Below, piece after piece: positions 1-10,403 of a stretch of DNA of 63,353 bases. The translations under genes and the position numbers were made by a program. The notes beneath the pieces were generated by a model. It was not told the origin of the DNA. It made no database searches and saw only the letters and a program-made list of their open reading frames with translations. Source of the stretch: Candidatus Enterousia sp. (lineage in GTDB: Bacteria; Pseudomonadota; Alphaproteobacteria; Rs-D84). Where the stretch lies: assembly GCA_045630455.1 (NCBI GenBank), contig JAZQTD010000048.1, forward strand, positions 67,828 to 131,180, in the 5' to 3' direction. How positions within the stretch are numbered: the first letter of the stretch is position 1; each line of letters starts with the position of its first letter.

Positions 1-1052
1 TTTGGAACAAATGTTTCTGGATCTTCGGCGTTAACACGAAATTCGATTGCGTGACCGTTTGGAATAACGTTTGATTGGTTGTATCCCAGCTTTTCACCGG
101 CTGCAACGCGAATTTGTTCACGAACCAAGTCAACACCATACACCATTTCTGTGACGGGGTGTTCAACCTGTAATCTGGTATTCATTTCCAGGAAATAGAA
201 TTTGCCATCTTCGAACATAAATTCAAAAGTCCCCGCATTCGTATAACCCATTTTTTTCGCAGCAGACTTGCAAATTTCAATCATATCGTCACGCTGTTTC
301 TGGGATAAAATTGCGGCGGGACATTCTTCCATAATCTTTTGATTACGGCGTTGTAGCGAACAATCACGTTCACCAAAGATTACAACGTTGCCATGTTTGT
401 CGCCCAAGACCTGAAATTCGATATGACGCGGATGTGTTAATAACTTTTCCATATAAAGCGTGTCATCACCGAATGCAGATTGCGCTTCGTTTCGGGTCAG
501 GTTATATGCCTCAACCAGTTCGTCTGGATTTGCGACCGCACGCATACCGCGTCCACCACCCCCTGCGGCGGCTTTTAGCATAACTGGATATCCAATTTTT
601 TCTGCGCATTCTTTGGCGTGTTCCAGACTGGTTATCGCACCATCAGACCCCGGCACCACCGGCAGACCGCATTCAATAGCAGTGCGTTTTGCATTAACCT
701 TGTCCCCCATTTTTTCAATCATATCAGGTGACGGGCCAACCCAAATCATTTTGTGTTGTTCAACCTTGCGCGCAAAGTCTGCACGTTCAGATAAAAATCC
801 ATAGCCTGGATGAATAGCGTCTGCATTTGTTAATAATGCCGCCGTTAAAATCGCAGATTCATTCAGATAAGATTCACGCACCGACGCCGGTCCTATACAT
901 ACAGATTCGTCCGCCAGTTGTACGTGCATTGCATCTCTGTCTGCGGTTGAATATACCGCAACTGTGCGTATACCCATATCGCGGCATGCACGAATAATGC
1001 GCAATGCGATTTCCCCACGATTGGCAATTAAAACTTTTTTTATTTGTGACAT
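1..1052 (-). CDS. accC: Acetyl-CoA carboxylase biotin carboxylase subunit (partial, runs off window start)
   Basis: Manual translation MSQIKKVLIANRGEIALRIIRACRDMG...AIHPGYGFLSE...KAAAGGGGRGM; directly downstream of accB; not in the ORF track. Confidence 0.95.
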   Translation of the reverse strand, partial: MSQIKKVLIANRGEIALRIIRACRDMGIRTVAVYSTADRDAMHVQLADESVCIGPASVRESYLNESAILTAALLTNADAIHPGYGFLSERADFARKVEQHKMIWVGPSPDMIEKMGDKVNAKRTAIECGLPVVPGSDGAITSLEHAKECAEKIGYPVMLKAAAGGGGRGMRAVANPDELVEAYNLTRNEAQSAFGDDTLYMEKLLTHPRHIEFQVLGDKHGNVVIFGERDCSLQRRNQKIMEECPAAILSQKQRDDMIEICKSAAKKMGYTNAGTFEFMFEDGKFYFLEMNTRLQVEHPVTEMVYGVDLVREQIRVAAGEKLGYNQSNVIPNGHAIEFRVNAEDPETFVP

Positions 1053-1053
1053 T

Positions 1054-1491
1054 TTATTCGATAATAATTAAAGGTTGGTCAAATTCAACCGCCGCGCCGT
1101 CTGCGACCAAGATTTCTTTGACGATGCCATCTTTGTCAGATTTAATAGGGTTAAACGTTTTCATAGCCTCAACCAGTGCGACTGTATCCCCTGCCTTGAC
1201 TGATGCGCCAACGGTGACGAATGGTTTTGCGTCGGGTTCCGGTGCCAAGTATACGACACCAACCATTGGCGATTTTAATGCGCATCCATTGATTTTATCT
1301 TCACAGGTTAGACCAACTTTTTTTTCTGTTAACCCTGGTGCAGATACTGCAACAGTCGCCGCCTGTTGCTTAGATAAATGAATATGTTTGCGATACAAAC
1401 CAAACAAAAATTGGCGTTCCAAATTTAATTCTGTAATCCCCATTTCATCCATGATTTTAGACATAGATTCAACGGTTGCACGAAATGACAT
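1054..1491 (-). CDS. accB: Biotin carboxyl carrier protein
   Basis: KSPMVG and EAMKTFN biotinylation motif; adjacent to accC. Confidence 0.93.
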   Translation of the reverse strand: MSFRATVESMSKIMDEMGITELNLERQFLFGLYRKHIHLSKQQAATVAVSAPGLTEKKVGLTCEDKINGCALKSPMVGVVYLAPEPDAKPFVTVGASVKAGDTVALVEAMKTFNPIKSDKDGIVKEILVADGAAVEFDQPLIIIE

Positions 1492-1531
1492 TTTATATAT
1501 CCTTTTATATTTTTCATACCGTATCTATTAA

Positions 1532-1559
1532 ATTCTATCACAATGTGCTACATTGTCAA
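1532..1559 (-). promoter_or_regulatory. Sigma70-type promoter for accBC
   Basis: TTGACA-16 nt-TAGAAT with an extended -10 TG on the minus strand. Confidence 0.6.
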
Positions 1560-1564
1560 GTCTA

Positions 1565-1810
1565 TCACGGTACGGGATCATATCCGAAATCACCCCCGGG
1601 TCGGCATCGTGAAATGCGCCGAATCCCAAGTATTGTTCCACGAATTGCGCCATATTTTTCGATTGCCTGCTTGGTATATTCGCTGCATGTTGGGGTAAAT
1701 CGACATGCTGCCCGCCCGCCAATAAACGGCGAAATACACATCTGGTACATACGCACCAGACCAATCGCGACGCGTTTTGTAAAACAGAGATTATTTTTCT
1801 GGTTTCCCAT
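1565..1810 (-). CDS. yidD: Membrane protein insertion efficiency factor YidD
   Basis: YQ..ISP...[10 protein letters not shown]...RCRP..G.DPVP signature; follows rnpA. Confidence 0.95.
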   Translation of the reverse strand: MGNQKNNLCFTKRVAIGLVRMYQMCISPFIGGRAACRFTPTCSEYTKQAIEKYGAIRGTILGIRRISRCRPGGDFGYDPVP

Positions 1811-2144
1811 TTTTATATGTTTTTTTTATCCAGTGCAATGCTTTACGCATAGCGGTGCGCCCCTCTTCCCTGGTGGCGTTAAGTATTGGTGCGCGTGCAA
1901 CAAAAACATAGTCCATATCTGGCAACATCATATCAGTATGAAAGCGAATCCATTCACGCAACAAACGTTTTGCACGATTGCGGTCAACGGCATGCTTAAA
2001 TGTTCGCTTTGTCACAACCAAACCATATCGCGCATCATTTGGATACTTTGCATACTTAGCGCGCACGATAAAGTATGACGACAGCCCTGATAAATCATCA
2101 GGGGTCATGGCAAAGTCGGCATGATTTTTAATCGTCTTACGCAT
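1791..2144 (-). CDS. rnpA: Ribonuclease P protein component
   Basis: [24 protein letters not shown] (RNR motif). Confidence 0.93.
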   Translation of the reverse strand: MRKTIKNHADFAMTPDDLSGLSSYFIVRAKYAKYPNDARYGLVVTKRTFKHAVDRNRAKRLLREWIRFHTDMMLPDMDYVFVARAPILNATREEGRTAMRKALHWIKKTYKNGKPEK

Positions 2145-2258
2145 AGCCTTTATAATATCACATAAAATAAATAGTCAAACTTTTTTTGTTGCGTCACCTT
2201 GATTTTTGACAATCCCCGTTTTATAGTGACGTGAACGTATTTATAAATCTTATTTTAG

Positions 2259-3317
<1,059 letters not shown>

Positions 3318-3318
3318 G

Positions 3319-3346
3319 AAAAAAGCCGGTATTTGCCGGCTTTTTT
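3319..3346. terminator. Bidirectional intrinsic terminator containing the CCGG palindrome (copy 1)
   Basis: AAAAAAGCCGGTATTTGCCGGCTTTTTT between convergent genes. Confidence 0.8.
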
Positions 3347-3357
3347 AATATGTTTTT

Positions 3358-4575
3358 TTATTCGTATCTTAGACTGTCAATCGGGTTCAGTTTTGCTGCC
3401 TTCATCGCTGGCATAACCCCAGAAGATAAACCAACAATAATCGCGACCGATACTGATAACACCACCGGCCAAATACTGAATGGAACATTGTAGCCTAATA
3501 TTCCGCGCCCCACTCCCTGGGATAATCCGACACCGATTATCAGCCCAATCATCGAGCCTAAGAAAGAAATCATAATAGATTCTGCCAAGAATTGGATAAT
3601 AATGTGTCTTTCACGTGCGCCGATTGCCTTGCGTATGCCGATTTCACGGGTGCGCTCTGCCACCGATACTAGCATCATATTCATAATTCCAATTGCTCCA
3701 ACCAGCAGGGATACCGCTGCAATCGCAATTAACAACAATTTCAAATATCCAGTCACGGTGTTCATTGTTTCCATAACCTGTTTCATATCCATAATCTGAA
3801 AGTCATCTGCGACATCGTCTTTTAATTTGTGGCGTTGGCGCAATAGTGTTGTGATTTGTTCGATTGCCAGTGCATTATCAGATTCTGGATACAATTTTAA
3901 TGTAATCATATTAACCGAATTCGGAAAGCGTGAGCCCTGTAAACGTTTTTTTAGGGTCGTAATTGGCACAATAACCATATCGTCTTGGCTACCCATTGCA
4001 GAATCACCTTTGGCCTTGGTTACCCCAATAATTGTCATAGGTGTATTCTGAATACGAATAACTTCGCCTACTGGATTTTCCGGCAGCCCCAGTTCTTCGG
4101 CAGTCTCAGGCCCTATAACCGCGTATGTCGAAGAATTGCGCACCGCAGACATATCAAAGAATGTCCCGTATTCCATTTCAATGTTTTGAACAGTTGTATA
4201 GTCTGGGTATACACCAACCATCGATGTGCCCCAGTTTTTATTGCCGTATATCGCCTGGGCCGAGCCCTGTTGAATCGGTGAAACAGCCATAACATCCGGC
4301 AATTTTGCAATAAACTGAGAATCATCGATTGTTAGTGTCTGACGATTCCCGGTACGTACGCCGGCACTTTGCGCCGCGCCTGCACGTATCATAATTGTAT
4401 TTGTCCCCAGTGACGAAAACTGATCTGTGATTTGATGCTGAACCGTTTCGCCGACCGCCACCATAATAACCACCGCCATAACGCCGATAATAATCCCCAA
4501 AACGGTCAAAAAAGAACGGATTTTGTTGCCACTAATAGACAGCCAAGATTCTTTAAAAATATCATTAATACTCAT
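3358..4575 (-). CDS. MacB/FtsX-type ABC transporter permease
   Basis: RSFLTVLGIIIGV, GIMNMMLVSVAERTREIGIRKAIGA and KAAKLNPIDSLRYE motifs; start could be 4632. Confidence 0.92.
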   Translation of the reverse strand: MSINDIFKESWLSISGNKIRSFLTVLGIIIGVMAVVIMVAVGETVQHQITDQFSSLGTNTIMIRAGAAQSAGVRTGNRQTLTIDDSQFIAKLPDVMAVSPIQQGSAQAIYGNKNWGTSMVGVYPDYTTVQNIEMEYGTFFDMSAVRNSSTYAVIGPETAEELGLPENPVGEVIRIQNTPMTIIGVTKAKGDSAMGSQDDMVIVPITTLKKRLQGSRFPNSVNMITLKLYPESDNALAIEQITTLLRQRHKLKDDVADDFQIMDMKQVMETMNTVTGYLKLLLIAIAAVSLLVGAIGIMNMMLVSVAERTREIGIRKAIGARERHIIIQFLAESIMISFLGSMIGLIIGVGLSQGVGRGILGYNVPFSIWPVVLSVSVAIIVGLSSGVMPAMKAAKLNPIDSLRYE

Positions 4576-4594
4576 TTTTATGCCCTGCCCTTGT

Positions 4595-5317
4595 TTATAA
4601 GTTGTGGTCGTTCTTTGGAATTTTTCCGTCATAGTTTATTTTACCGTCACGAATGTGAATCAGTCGATTGGCATATTTTGCGATATCAAATTCGTGAGTA
4701 ATCATAACGATTGTAATACCCATATCTTTGTTCAGTTCCTTAAAAAACTTTAAAATATCATTTCCCATTTTACTGTCCAACGCGCCGGTCGGTTCGTCCG
4801 CCAGAATCAGTTTAGGCTCGCCCGCTAACGCACGTGCAATCGCAACGCGTTGTTTCATACCGCCGGATAATTGTGTGGGTAAATAAGTTTCAAAATTTTC
4901 AAGTCCAACCCGCTTTAACATTTCACGTGCGCGATGTTCGCGTTCTTCGTGTGTCATACCACGATACATCAGTGGCAACATTACATTGTCCAGAACACTG
5001 CGCTTTGGCAACAGATTGAACTGCTGAAAAACAAAGCCGATATATTCGTTTCGCACCATGGCCAATTCATCCGCGGTCATCCCGGTGATATCACGACCAT
5101 ACAGTTCGTACACGCCACTGGTTGGTGTGTCCAGCGCGCCAATAATATTCATACAGGTTGATTTTCCAGACCCCGATGGCCCCATAATTGCTACGAATTC
5201 ACCGGATTTTACCGTAAAAGTCACGTCAAACAAAACCTGTTGTTCACCGCCAATTTCCAGCGGAAAACTTTTATTTATCTCTTTTAGTGAAATAATAATA
5301 TCAGACGATTCTTTCAT
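4595..5317 (-). CDS. MacB/LolD-type ABC transporter ATP-binding protein
   Basis: Walker A GPSGSGKST, LSGG signature, ILADEPTGALD, ITHE. Confidence 0.95.
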   Translation of the reverse strand: MKESSDIIISLKEINKSFPLEIGGEQQVLFDVTFTVKSGEFVAIMGPSGSGKSTCMNIIGALDTPTSGVYELYGRDITGMTADELAMVRNEYIGFVFQQFNLLPKRSVLDNVMLPLMYRGMTHEEREHRAREMLKRVGLENFETYLPTQLSGGMKQRVAIARALAGEPKLILADEPTGALDSKMGNDILKFFKELNKDMGITIVMITHEFDIAKYANRLIHIRDGKINYDGKIPKNDHNL

Positions 5318-5390
5318 ATTTGTTCCCTGCTACATACACAAAATATTATACCACAAAAAATCCACATAAAAAACGGATTTATTTTTGTTT

Positions 5391-5420
5391 AAAAAAAGGC
5401 CGGCATTTGCCGGCCTTTTT
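5391..5420 (-). terminator. Intrinsic terminator after parB containing the CCGG palindrome (copy 2)
   Basis: AAAAAAAGGCCGGCATTTGCCGGCCTTTTT. Confidence 0.75.
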
Positions 5421-6297
5421 ATGATATTTTTTCTATTAATTCGTTTAATTGTATTCGCGATGCAAAAGATATAACAATTTGTCCCGCGCCACCCCGTTTT
5501 TCAAGGATTTTAACCGGCGCACCAATCGATTTTTCGATTTGTTTTTCCATATCACGTACAATTTTTGGGTCAATTGTTCGTGATATTTTTTCCCGGTATT
5601 TGCCGGTCTTTTTGGCATTGTTTACCATACGTTGTGTGTCGGCAACAGACATTTTTTTGCCGATGATTTTATATGCTATTTCTTCTGGGTTTTTAGCAAC
5701 TGCAATTGTACGTGCGTGCGATGCAGATATTTGCCCCTGCTCTACCATTTCTTTGACGCTGTCGGGCAATGCGGTTATTCGCATACAGTTGCGAATATAA
5801 CTTTCAGATTTGCCGATTAAACGCACGACATCGCTGATTTCATAACCGCATTCTGTCATCAGATTTTGATATGCGTTTGCTTCTTCGATTGGATTCAGGT
5901 TTTCGCGCTGAACATTTTCAATCAGCGCGATTTCCATCGCATTTTCATTGCTTAATGTTTTTACCAGTGCTGGAATCTCGTTCAGGCCTGCTAATTTGCT
6001 TGCGCGGTATCTTCGTTCGCCTGCGACGATTTCATACATATATGGACGACCTGTAACGGTGCGTAATAATATTGGCTGTAATACGCCTTTTTCACGAATG
6101 GACGCCGCCAAATCGTTTAATTCATCTTCGTTAAATACTTTGCGTGGCTGGTCTGGGTTTGCGCCAATTTGTGCCAGTGGTATTTGTTTAACAACAACGC
6201 GTTCTGCGCCGGTTAATACAGATATGTCTGGTATTGCACCCTTGGCCATTTGCAGGTCGGCCAATCCACGACCCAGTCCAAATTTATTCGATGACAT
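5419..6297 (-). CDS. parB: Chromosome partitioning protein ParB
   Basis: GLGRGL N-terminus, NPDQPRK, GVLQPI, AGERRYRA, ENVQRENLNPIEEA, HTH. Confidence 0.96.
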   Translation of the reverse strand: MSSNKFGLGRGLADLQMAKGAIPDISVLTGAERVVVKQIPLAQIGANPDQPRKVFNEDELNDLAASIREKGVLQPILLRTVTGRPYMYEIVAGERRYRASKLAGLNEIPALVKTLSNENAMEIALIENVQRENLNPIEEANAYQNLMTECGYEISDVVRLIGKSESYIRNCMRITALPDSVKEMVEQGQISASHARTIAVAKNPEEIAYKIIGKKMSVADTQRMVNNAKKTGKYREKISRTIDPKIVRDMEKQIEKSIGAPVKILEKRGGAGQIVISFASRIQLNELIEKIS

Positions 6298-7069
6298 TTT
6301 CGATTCCTTCGGTTTTTTGAATTACTTCGGTTGCAACACGCAGATATGCCTGGGCGCCAGGTGATTTGAAATCATAGAATAAGGCAGGTTTGCCGTGGCT
6401 TGGTGCTTCTGATACACGGACATTGCGTGGTACAACTGTTTTGAACACAGTTTCGCCAAATGCGTTACGTACATCGTCTTCGACTGCGCGTGTCAAACCA
6501 TATTGCTTAGCGTACATTGTTAATAGCACACCTAAGATTTCTAAATTTGGATTCCATTTTTGACGTACGGCGGCGATTGTGTCTGTTAATTGGGTCAGAC
6601 CCTCCAAAGCGTAAAATTCGCATTGTAGGGGGATTATAACCGCATTGGAAGCGGTTAGTGCGTTAACGGTCAAATACCCTAGTGCTGGTGGACAATCAAT
6701 AAGAATATAATCATAGTGTTCTGCGATTGTATTTAGTGCGTCGCGCAGGCGAAATTCTGGATTTTCCATCCCTAGTAAATCTATTTCCAATCCTGCCAAA
6801 GCCTGAGAAGAGGGTAGTAAATGCAACCCCGGCACAGCGGTTGATAAAATGTTATCTGCGATGTTTGCAGTGCCCATAATAACGCCATATGCACTTTGCC
6901 GGTGATCGGCGCGCACAAAACCTAGTCCTGTGCCGGCATTACCCTGAGGGTCTAGATCAATTAACAAAACCCGACGTTTAATTGCCGCTAGTGATGCGCC
7001 GATATTAATGGCTGTTGTTGTTTTGCCAACACCGCCCTTTTGATTCGCAAATGCGATAATTTGTGTCAT
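6284..7069 (-). CDS. parA: Chromosome partitioning ATPase ParA/Soj
   Basis: NQKGGVGKTT, DLDPQGN, IDCPPALG, PRNVRVSEAPSHG. Confidence 0.97.
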   Translation of the reverse strand: MTQIIAFANQKGGVGKTTTAINIGASLAAIKRRVLLIDLDPQGNAGTGLGFVRADHRQSAYGVIMGTANIADNILSTAVPGLHLLPSSQALAGLEIDLLGMENPEFRLRDALNTIAEHYDYILIDCPPALGYLTVNALTASNAVIIPLQCEFYALEGLTQLTDTIAAVRQKWNPNLEILGVLLTMYAKQYGLTRAVEDDVRNAFGETVFKTVVPRNVRVSEAPSHGKPALFYDFKSPGAQAYLRVATEVIQKTEGIENVIE

Positions 7070-7107
7070 ATTCTCTTTCCTAAGAACTTAATTTAACTTC
7101 GTGTCTA

Positions 7108-7136
7108 AGTTTATAAAAATCTGCCGATTCAGTCAA
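7108..7136 (-). promoter_or_regulatory. Sigma70-type promoter for parAB
   Basis: TTGACT-17 nt-TAAACT on the minus strand. Confidence 0.5.
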
Positions 7137-7185
7137 GGTGTTAAATATGTTGATAAAAATATAGTAAAAACAAAAAAATATTTTT

Positions 7186-7201
7186 GATTTCATGTGAAAT
7201 T
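7186..7201. promoter_or_regulatory. Canonical-like parS candidate 1
   Basis: GATTTCATGTGAAATT versus consensus TGTTTCACGTGAAACA (11 of 12 core bases match); upstream of parA. Confidence 0.4.
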
Positions 7202-7234
7202 TGCGTAAATTTTTTGTTTTGTAAAAAAATGTGC

Positions 7235-7257
7235 AAAAAAAGCCGGTAAATGCCGGC
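7235..7257 (-). terminator. Terminator after rsmG containing the CCGG palindrome (copy 4)
   Basis: GCCGGTAAATGCCGGC with a U-tract on the minus strand. Confidence 0.6.
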
Positions 7258-7295
7258 GAAAAGTTAAAAATAAACTAAAAACAATAAAATATTAA

Positions 7296-7313
7296 TAATT
7301 TCATATGAAATTA
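7296..7313. promoter_or_regulatory. Perfect 18-bp palindrome, canonical-like parS candidate 2
   Basis: TAATTTCATATGAAATTA. Confidence 0.4.
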
Positions 7314-7871
7314 CCGGTCAAAACGCACGGAAATGATAAAGCCGTCGCCTGTTTTTGATGGTGTAAGTTCATAATTAAATTTGTATTTACGTTTTGCTTC
7401 GTTGATTTCGGTTTCGATTTCCCGGCCTTTTAATAAAAAAAGCCGGTATTTTGTATGTGCAACATAGTCCATGATCTTGGTTAGTGATGCAAAAGCGCGT
7501 GCGGTGAATACAAAATCATGCGAATTTGCCGGTAAATGCCGGACAAAATCTTCCAATCTGCCGTGGTAAATTTCCAGGTTTTTTAGCCCCAGTTCTTCTT
7601 TGACAGCGCGCAAGAAAGAAACTTTTTTTCCAATCGATTCTACACATGTTACGTGCCAACCCAAAATGGCCAGTACAACGGCTGGAAATCCGGCTCCGCT
7701 GCCCATATCGATTATTTTAATGTCTGTCGGCAAAATATCCGCCAGTTGCGCAGAATCGGCAATATGGCGCGTTTGTATGTCGTTTAGCGTGCTGGGTGCG
7801 ACAAGATTCATACGTGTCGACCATTCACGCAGTAGTTTTTCGTATTGTTCAAATTTGACTTTATTGTTCAT
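7311..7871 (-). CDS. rsmG: 16S rRNA m7G527 methyltransferase RsmG (GidB)
   Basis: MNLV..RHIADS, DMGSGAGFPAV, TARAF; classic position upstream of parAB. Confidence 0.95.
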   Translation of the reverse strand: MNNKVKFEQYEKLLREWSTRMNLVAPSTLNDIQTRHIADSAQLADILPTDIKIIDMGSGAGFPAVVLAILGWHVTCVESIGKKVSFLRAVKEELGLKNLEIYHGRLEDFVRHLPANSHDFVFTARAFASLTKIMDYVAHTKYRLFLLKGREIETEINEAKRKYKFNYELTPSKTGDGFIISVRFDR

Positions 7872-7892
7872 AAGCGGTATTCTAACACAATT

Positions 7893-9506
7893 ATGAGGAA
7901 AGTCGAAAAAATATTTACAGGTATCGCATTAATTGCAGTTGTGGCGGTTATTAGTGGTGCAATGTTTTTGCATACTTCTAATCGTGCTGCGACCAATAGT
8001 GTGTCATTTCCAACAACGCAGTATGGCGCATTTTTAGCGGCCCAGCACGCAATTTATGTTAATGATTTTAAAAGCGCGGCCGAATTTTCGGACGTTTTGA
8101 CCAAGACTGAATACACAACGGTTCAAAATACCAAGTTTATGTCTGAATTTTTAAGTGGCACAATGCCGGTGGATGCAAAACTTTTAAAATCTGAAAAGGG
8201 TGCTGCTGCTAAAATAATTTATGATGCGTATCTGGTCACACAAGACGAATGGAAGGCATTTCACAATCGTCATAAAACAGATGAGTCTGCATTATCTGCG
8301 CCGTTTCGTATTTGGTCCGCGATTCCAAACGATTGGCGCACTAATACATTTAAATTCATTGATAGATTATCGACCAATGATTCCTGGAAGGCTTTTGCTC
8401 GTGGGCAAATTTATGCTGAACTGGGCGATATAGACAAGGCTAATATAGAATTTGCTAAGGTTCATCCAGATTTTATGAATTTGAATGATTATATGTATTT
8501 AATGTCGTTTTATAATCATTTTGGTTTGTATGAAGATGCGCGTATTCTGCGCGAAGATTTTATTGCGCGTCCTGGCGGAATATTTATGGCGTATTTTGAT
8601 GAATTCCCAGCGTGGGAAACATTTGCTGGATACAAAAATCAACTGGCATTCAGTTTGATTCAGTCTGTATCGCACACGCAAATAATGATGTATTCTGATT
8701 TGGCGATGTTGTTTTTGCGTTTTGCAGAAATAACCGCCCCAGATGCTAAAAATAGTGATGCGGTAAATTATTATCTGGGGCAGTATTTTTATACAAACAA
8801 GGGTGATTATCAAGCGTATTTTGATAAAATTTCACCATCGTCACCGTTTAAATTGTTTGCAGATTTGCGCGTGGCAGAACGCACAGACGATGTAAAGCAA
8901 ATGATGTCTATATTAGATAGAAACCCGTTATTTGTGCCGGCGATAAATTCTGTTGTTTCGCGGTCAATCCAGTCGGGAAAACGCAGTGATGCATTGCGTG
9001 CTGTAAATCGTGCGCTGGAAGCAGACGGCTTGGGTGAAATAGGGCGATCCTTTCTGTATAAAACTCGTGCCAAAATCCATTATGCTTTTGGTAATCTGGA
9101 TAAGGCACAGTCTGATTTGCACGCTGCATCAAGTGTGCTTGGGGCAGATGTAGACATTTTATCATTACAGGCAAAAATTTGGGCGGCCCAGAACCGTGAG
9201 ATTGAAAATGCATACGATTATGCAATGGGGCTGGTACGTCAAAATCCATCGGACGTTTTTGCGTGGGATACATTGGGGCGCGTTGTCGCCACTCGTGAGG
9301 GCGCCGATGCCGCTTTGGAATTATTGTCCAGGGTAGGCGAGGTATCAAACACCTGTTCATCATTATTTGAAATTATGGGTGATTTATATGAACAGAACGG
9401 GGAATGCGACCGTGCGCGCGATGCATATACACGCGCGATAGAGTTATCAGATGATGGTATGGTCGTCGTCCCTAAAATCGAAAGAAAACTAAGGAAGTTA
9501 AAATGA
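7893..9506 (+). CDS. Membrane-anchored tetratricopeptide repeat protein
   Basis: N-terminal hydrophobic helix, YGAFLAAQHA, C-terminal TPR-like helices (WDTLGRV, IMGDLYEQNG..ARDAYTRAIEL); start moved to ATG 7893 to avoid overlap with rsmG. Confidence 0.75.
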   Translation: MRKVEKIFTGIALIAVVAVISGAMFLHTSNRAATNSVSFPTTQYGAFLAAQHAIYVNDFKSAAEFSDVLTKTEYTTVQNTKFMSEFLSGTMPVDAKLLKSEKGAAAKIIYDAYLVTQDEWKAFHNRHKTDESALSAPFRIWSAIPNDWRTNTFKFIDRLSTNDSWKAFARGQIYAELGDIDKANIEFAKVHPDFMNLNDYMYLMSFYNHFGLYEDARILREDFIARPGGIFMAYFDEFPAWETFAGYKNQLAFSLIQSVSHTQIMMYSDLAMLFLRFAEITAPDAKNSDAVNYYLGQYFYTNKGDYQAYFDKISPSSPFKLFADLRVAERTDDVKQMMSILDRNPLFVPAINSVVSRSIQSGKRSDALRAVNRALEADGLGEIGRSFLYKTRAKIHYAFGNLDKAQSDLHAASSVLGADVDILSLQAKIWAAQNREIENAYDYAMGLVRQNPSDVFAWDTLGRVVATREGADAALELLSRVGEVSNTCSSLFEIMGDLYEQNGECDRARDAYTRAIELSDDGMVVVPKIERKLRKLK

Positions 9507-10366
9507 AAGTATCTGTAATAGGGGCGGGTGCATGGGGCACTGCATTGGCAATTGCGTCTGCACGTGGTGGCGCAGATGTTATTTTGTGGTCGTATGACCA
9601 AGAATACAAGCATTTCGATGGTGTTGAAATGCCAAACAATATAACTGTGACACCAGATATGGAAAAAATGCGTGATAGTGATGCGTGGCTGATTGTAACA
9701 CCGGCTGCATTTTTTCGTGAAACACTGCGTAAAGCGCGTGCAGTATATGCGGGGCAACCAATAATCATATGTACCAAAGGCGCGGAAAGTTCAACCGGTG
9801 CATTTACGTCTGAAATGTTGCGTGATGAATTGCCCGAATGTAAATCTTTTGGTGTGCTGTCTGGGCCACAATTCGCCGCCGAGGTTGCACAAGGTATTCC
9901 AACGGGGTCGACACTGGCGGGAAATGCAGATGTTGTTAGTATTGGCAAACAAATACTGAATCAATTGTATATTGAGCCCAGCGACGACATCATCGGCACA
10001 GAATTATGTGGTATGGGAAAAAACGCGGTTGCGTTAATCAGTGGTTATAATTCTGTTGCGTGCCGTGGCGAAAATGATAGCGCAATGTTGTTTACACGCG
10101 CTTGGAACGAAGTTGTAGATTTAGGCATCGCGTCGGGTGCAGATGTGCGTACGTTTTTGCGTTTGTGCGGAATAGGGGACTTGTTCTTGTCTGCGACATC
10201 CGTGACCAGCCGTAATTATTCTGGTGGTGTGGCAATTGCACGTGGCGAAGAACCAGCCGGCACAGTCGAAGGTTTGTTTGCGCTGGGGGGCTTGATTGCG
10301 CGTGCACGTGCATTAAATGTTCCAACACCAGTGTTATGTGAAATGTGCGACAAGATGGGATTGTAA
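9503..10366 (+). CDS. gpsA: NAD(P)H-dependent glycerol-3-phosphate dehydrogenase
   Basis: GAGAWGTALA, TKG, LSGPQFAAEV, KN, GIGDL..TSRN, VEG. Confidence 0.92.
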   Translation: MKVSVIGAGAWGTALAIASARGGADVILWSYDQEYKHFDGVEMPNNITVTPDMEKMRDSDAWLIVTPAAFFRETLRKARAVYAGQPIIICTKGAESSTGAFTSEMLRDELPECKSFGVLSGPQFAAEVAQGIPTGSTLAGNADVVSIGKQILNQLYIEPSDDIIGTELCGMGKNAVALISGYNSVACRGENDSAMLFTRAWNEVVDLGIASGADVRTFLRLCGIGDLFLSATSVTSRNYSGGVAIARGEEPAGTVEGLFALGGLIARARALNVPTPVLCEMCDKMGL

Positions 10367-10367
10367 T

Positions 10368-10396
10368 AAAAAAAAACCGGCATTTGCCGGTTTTTT
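10368..10396. terminator. Bidirectional terminator containing the CCGG palindrome (copy 6)
   Basis: A-tract-CCGGCATTTGCCGG-T-tract between gpsA and der. Confidence 0.8.
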
Positions 10397-10403
10397 ATTT
10401 ATG

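Noticed and set aside
7070-7310. Replication origin in the AT-rich rsmG-parA spacer
   Set aside because: I found no convincing DnaA boxes (TTATCCACA) and no dnaA, and GC skew cannot be judged reliably by eye.
9503-10366. gpsA as a pseudogene because it is short (287 aa)
   Set aside because: The frame is intact and the NAD-binding and catalytic motifs are present; this looks like loop trimming.
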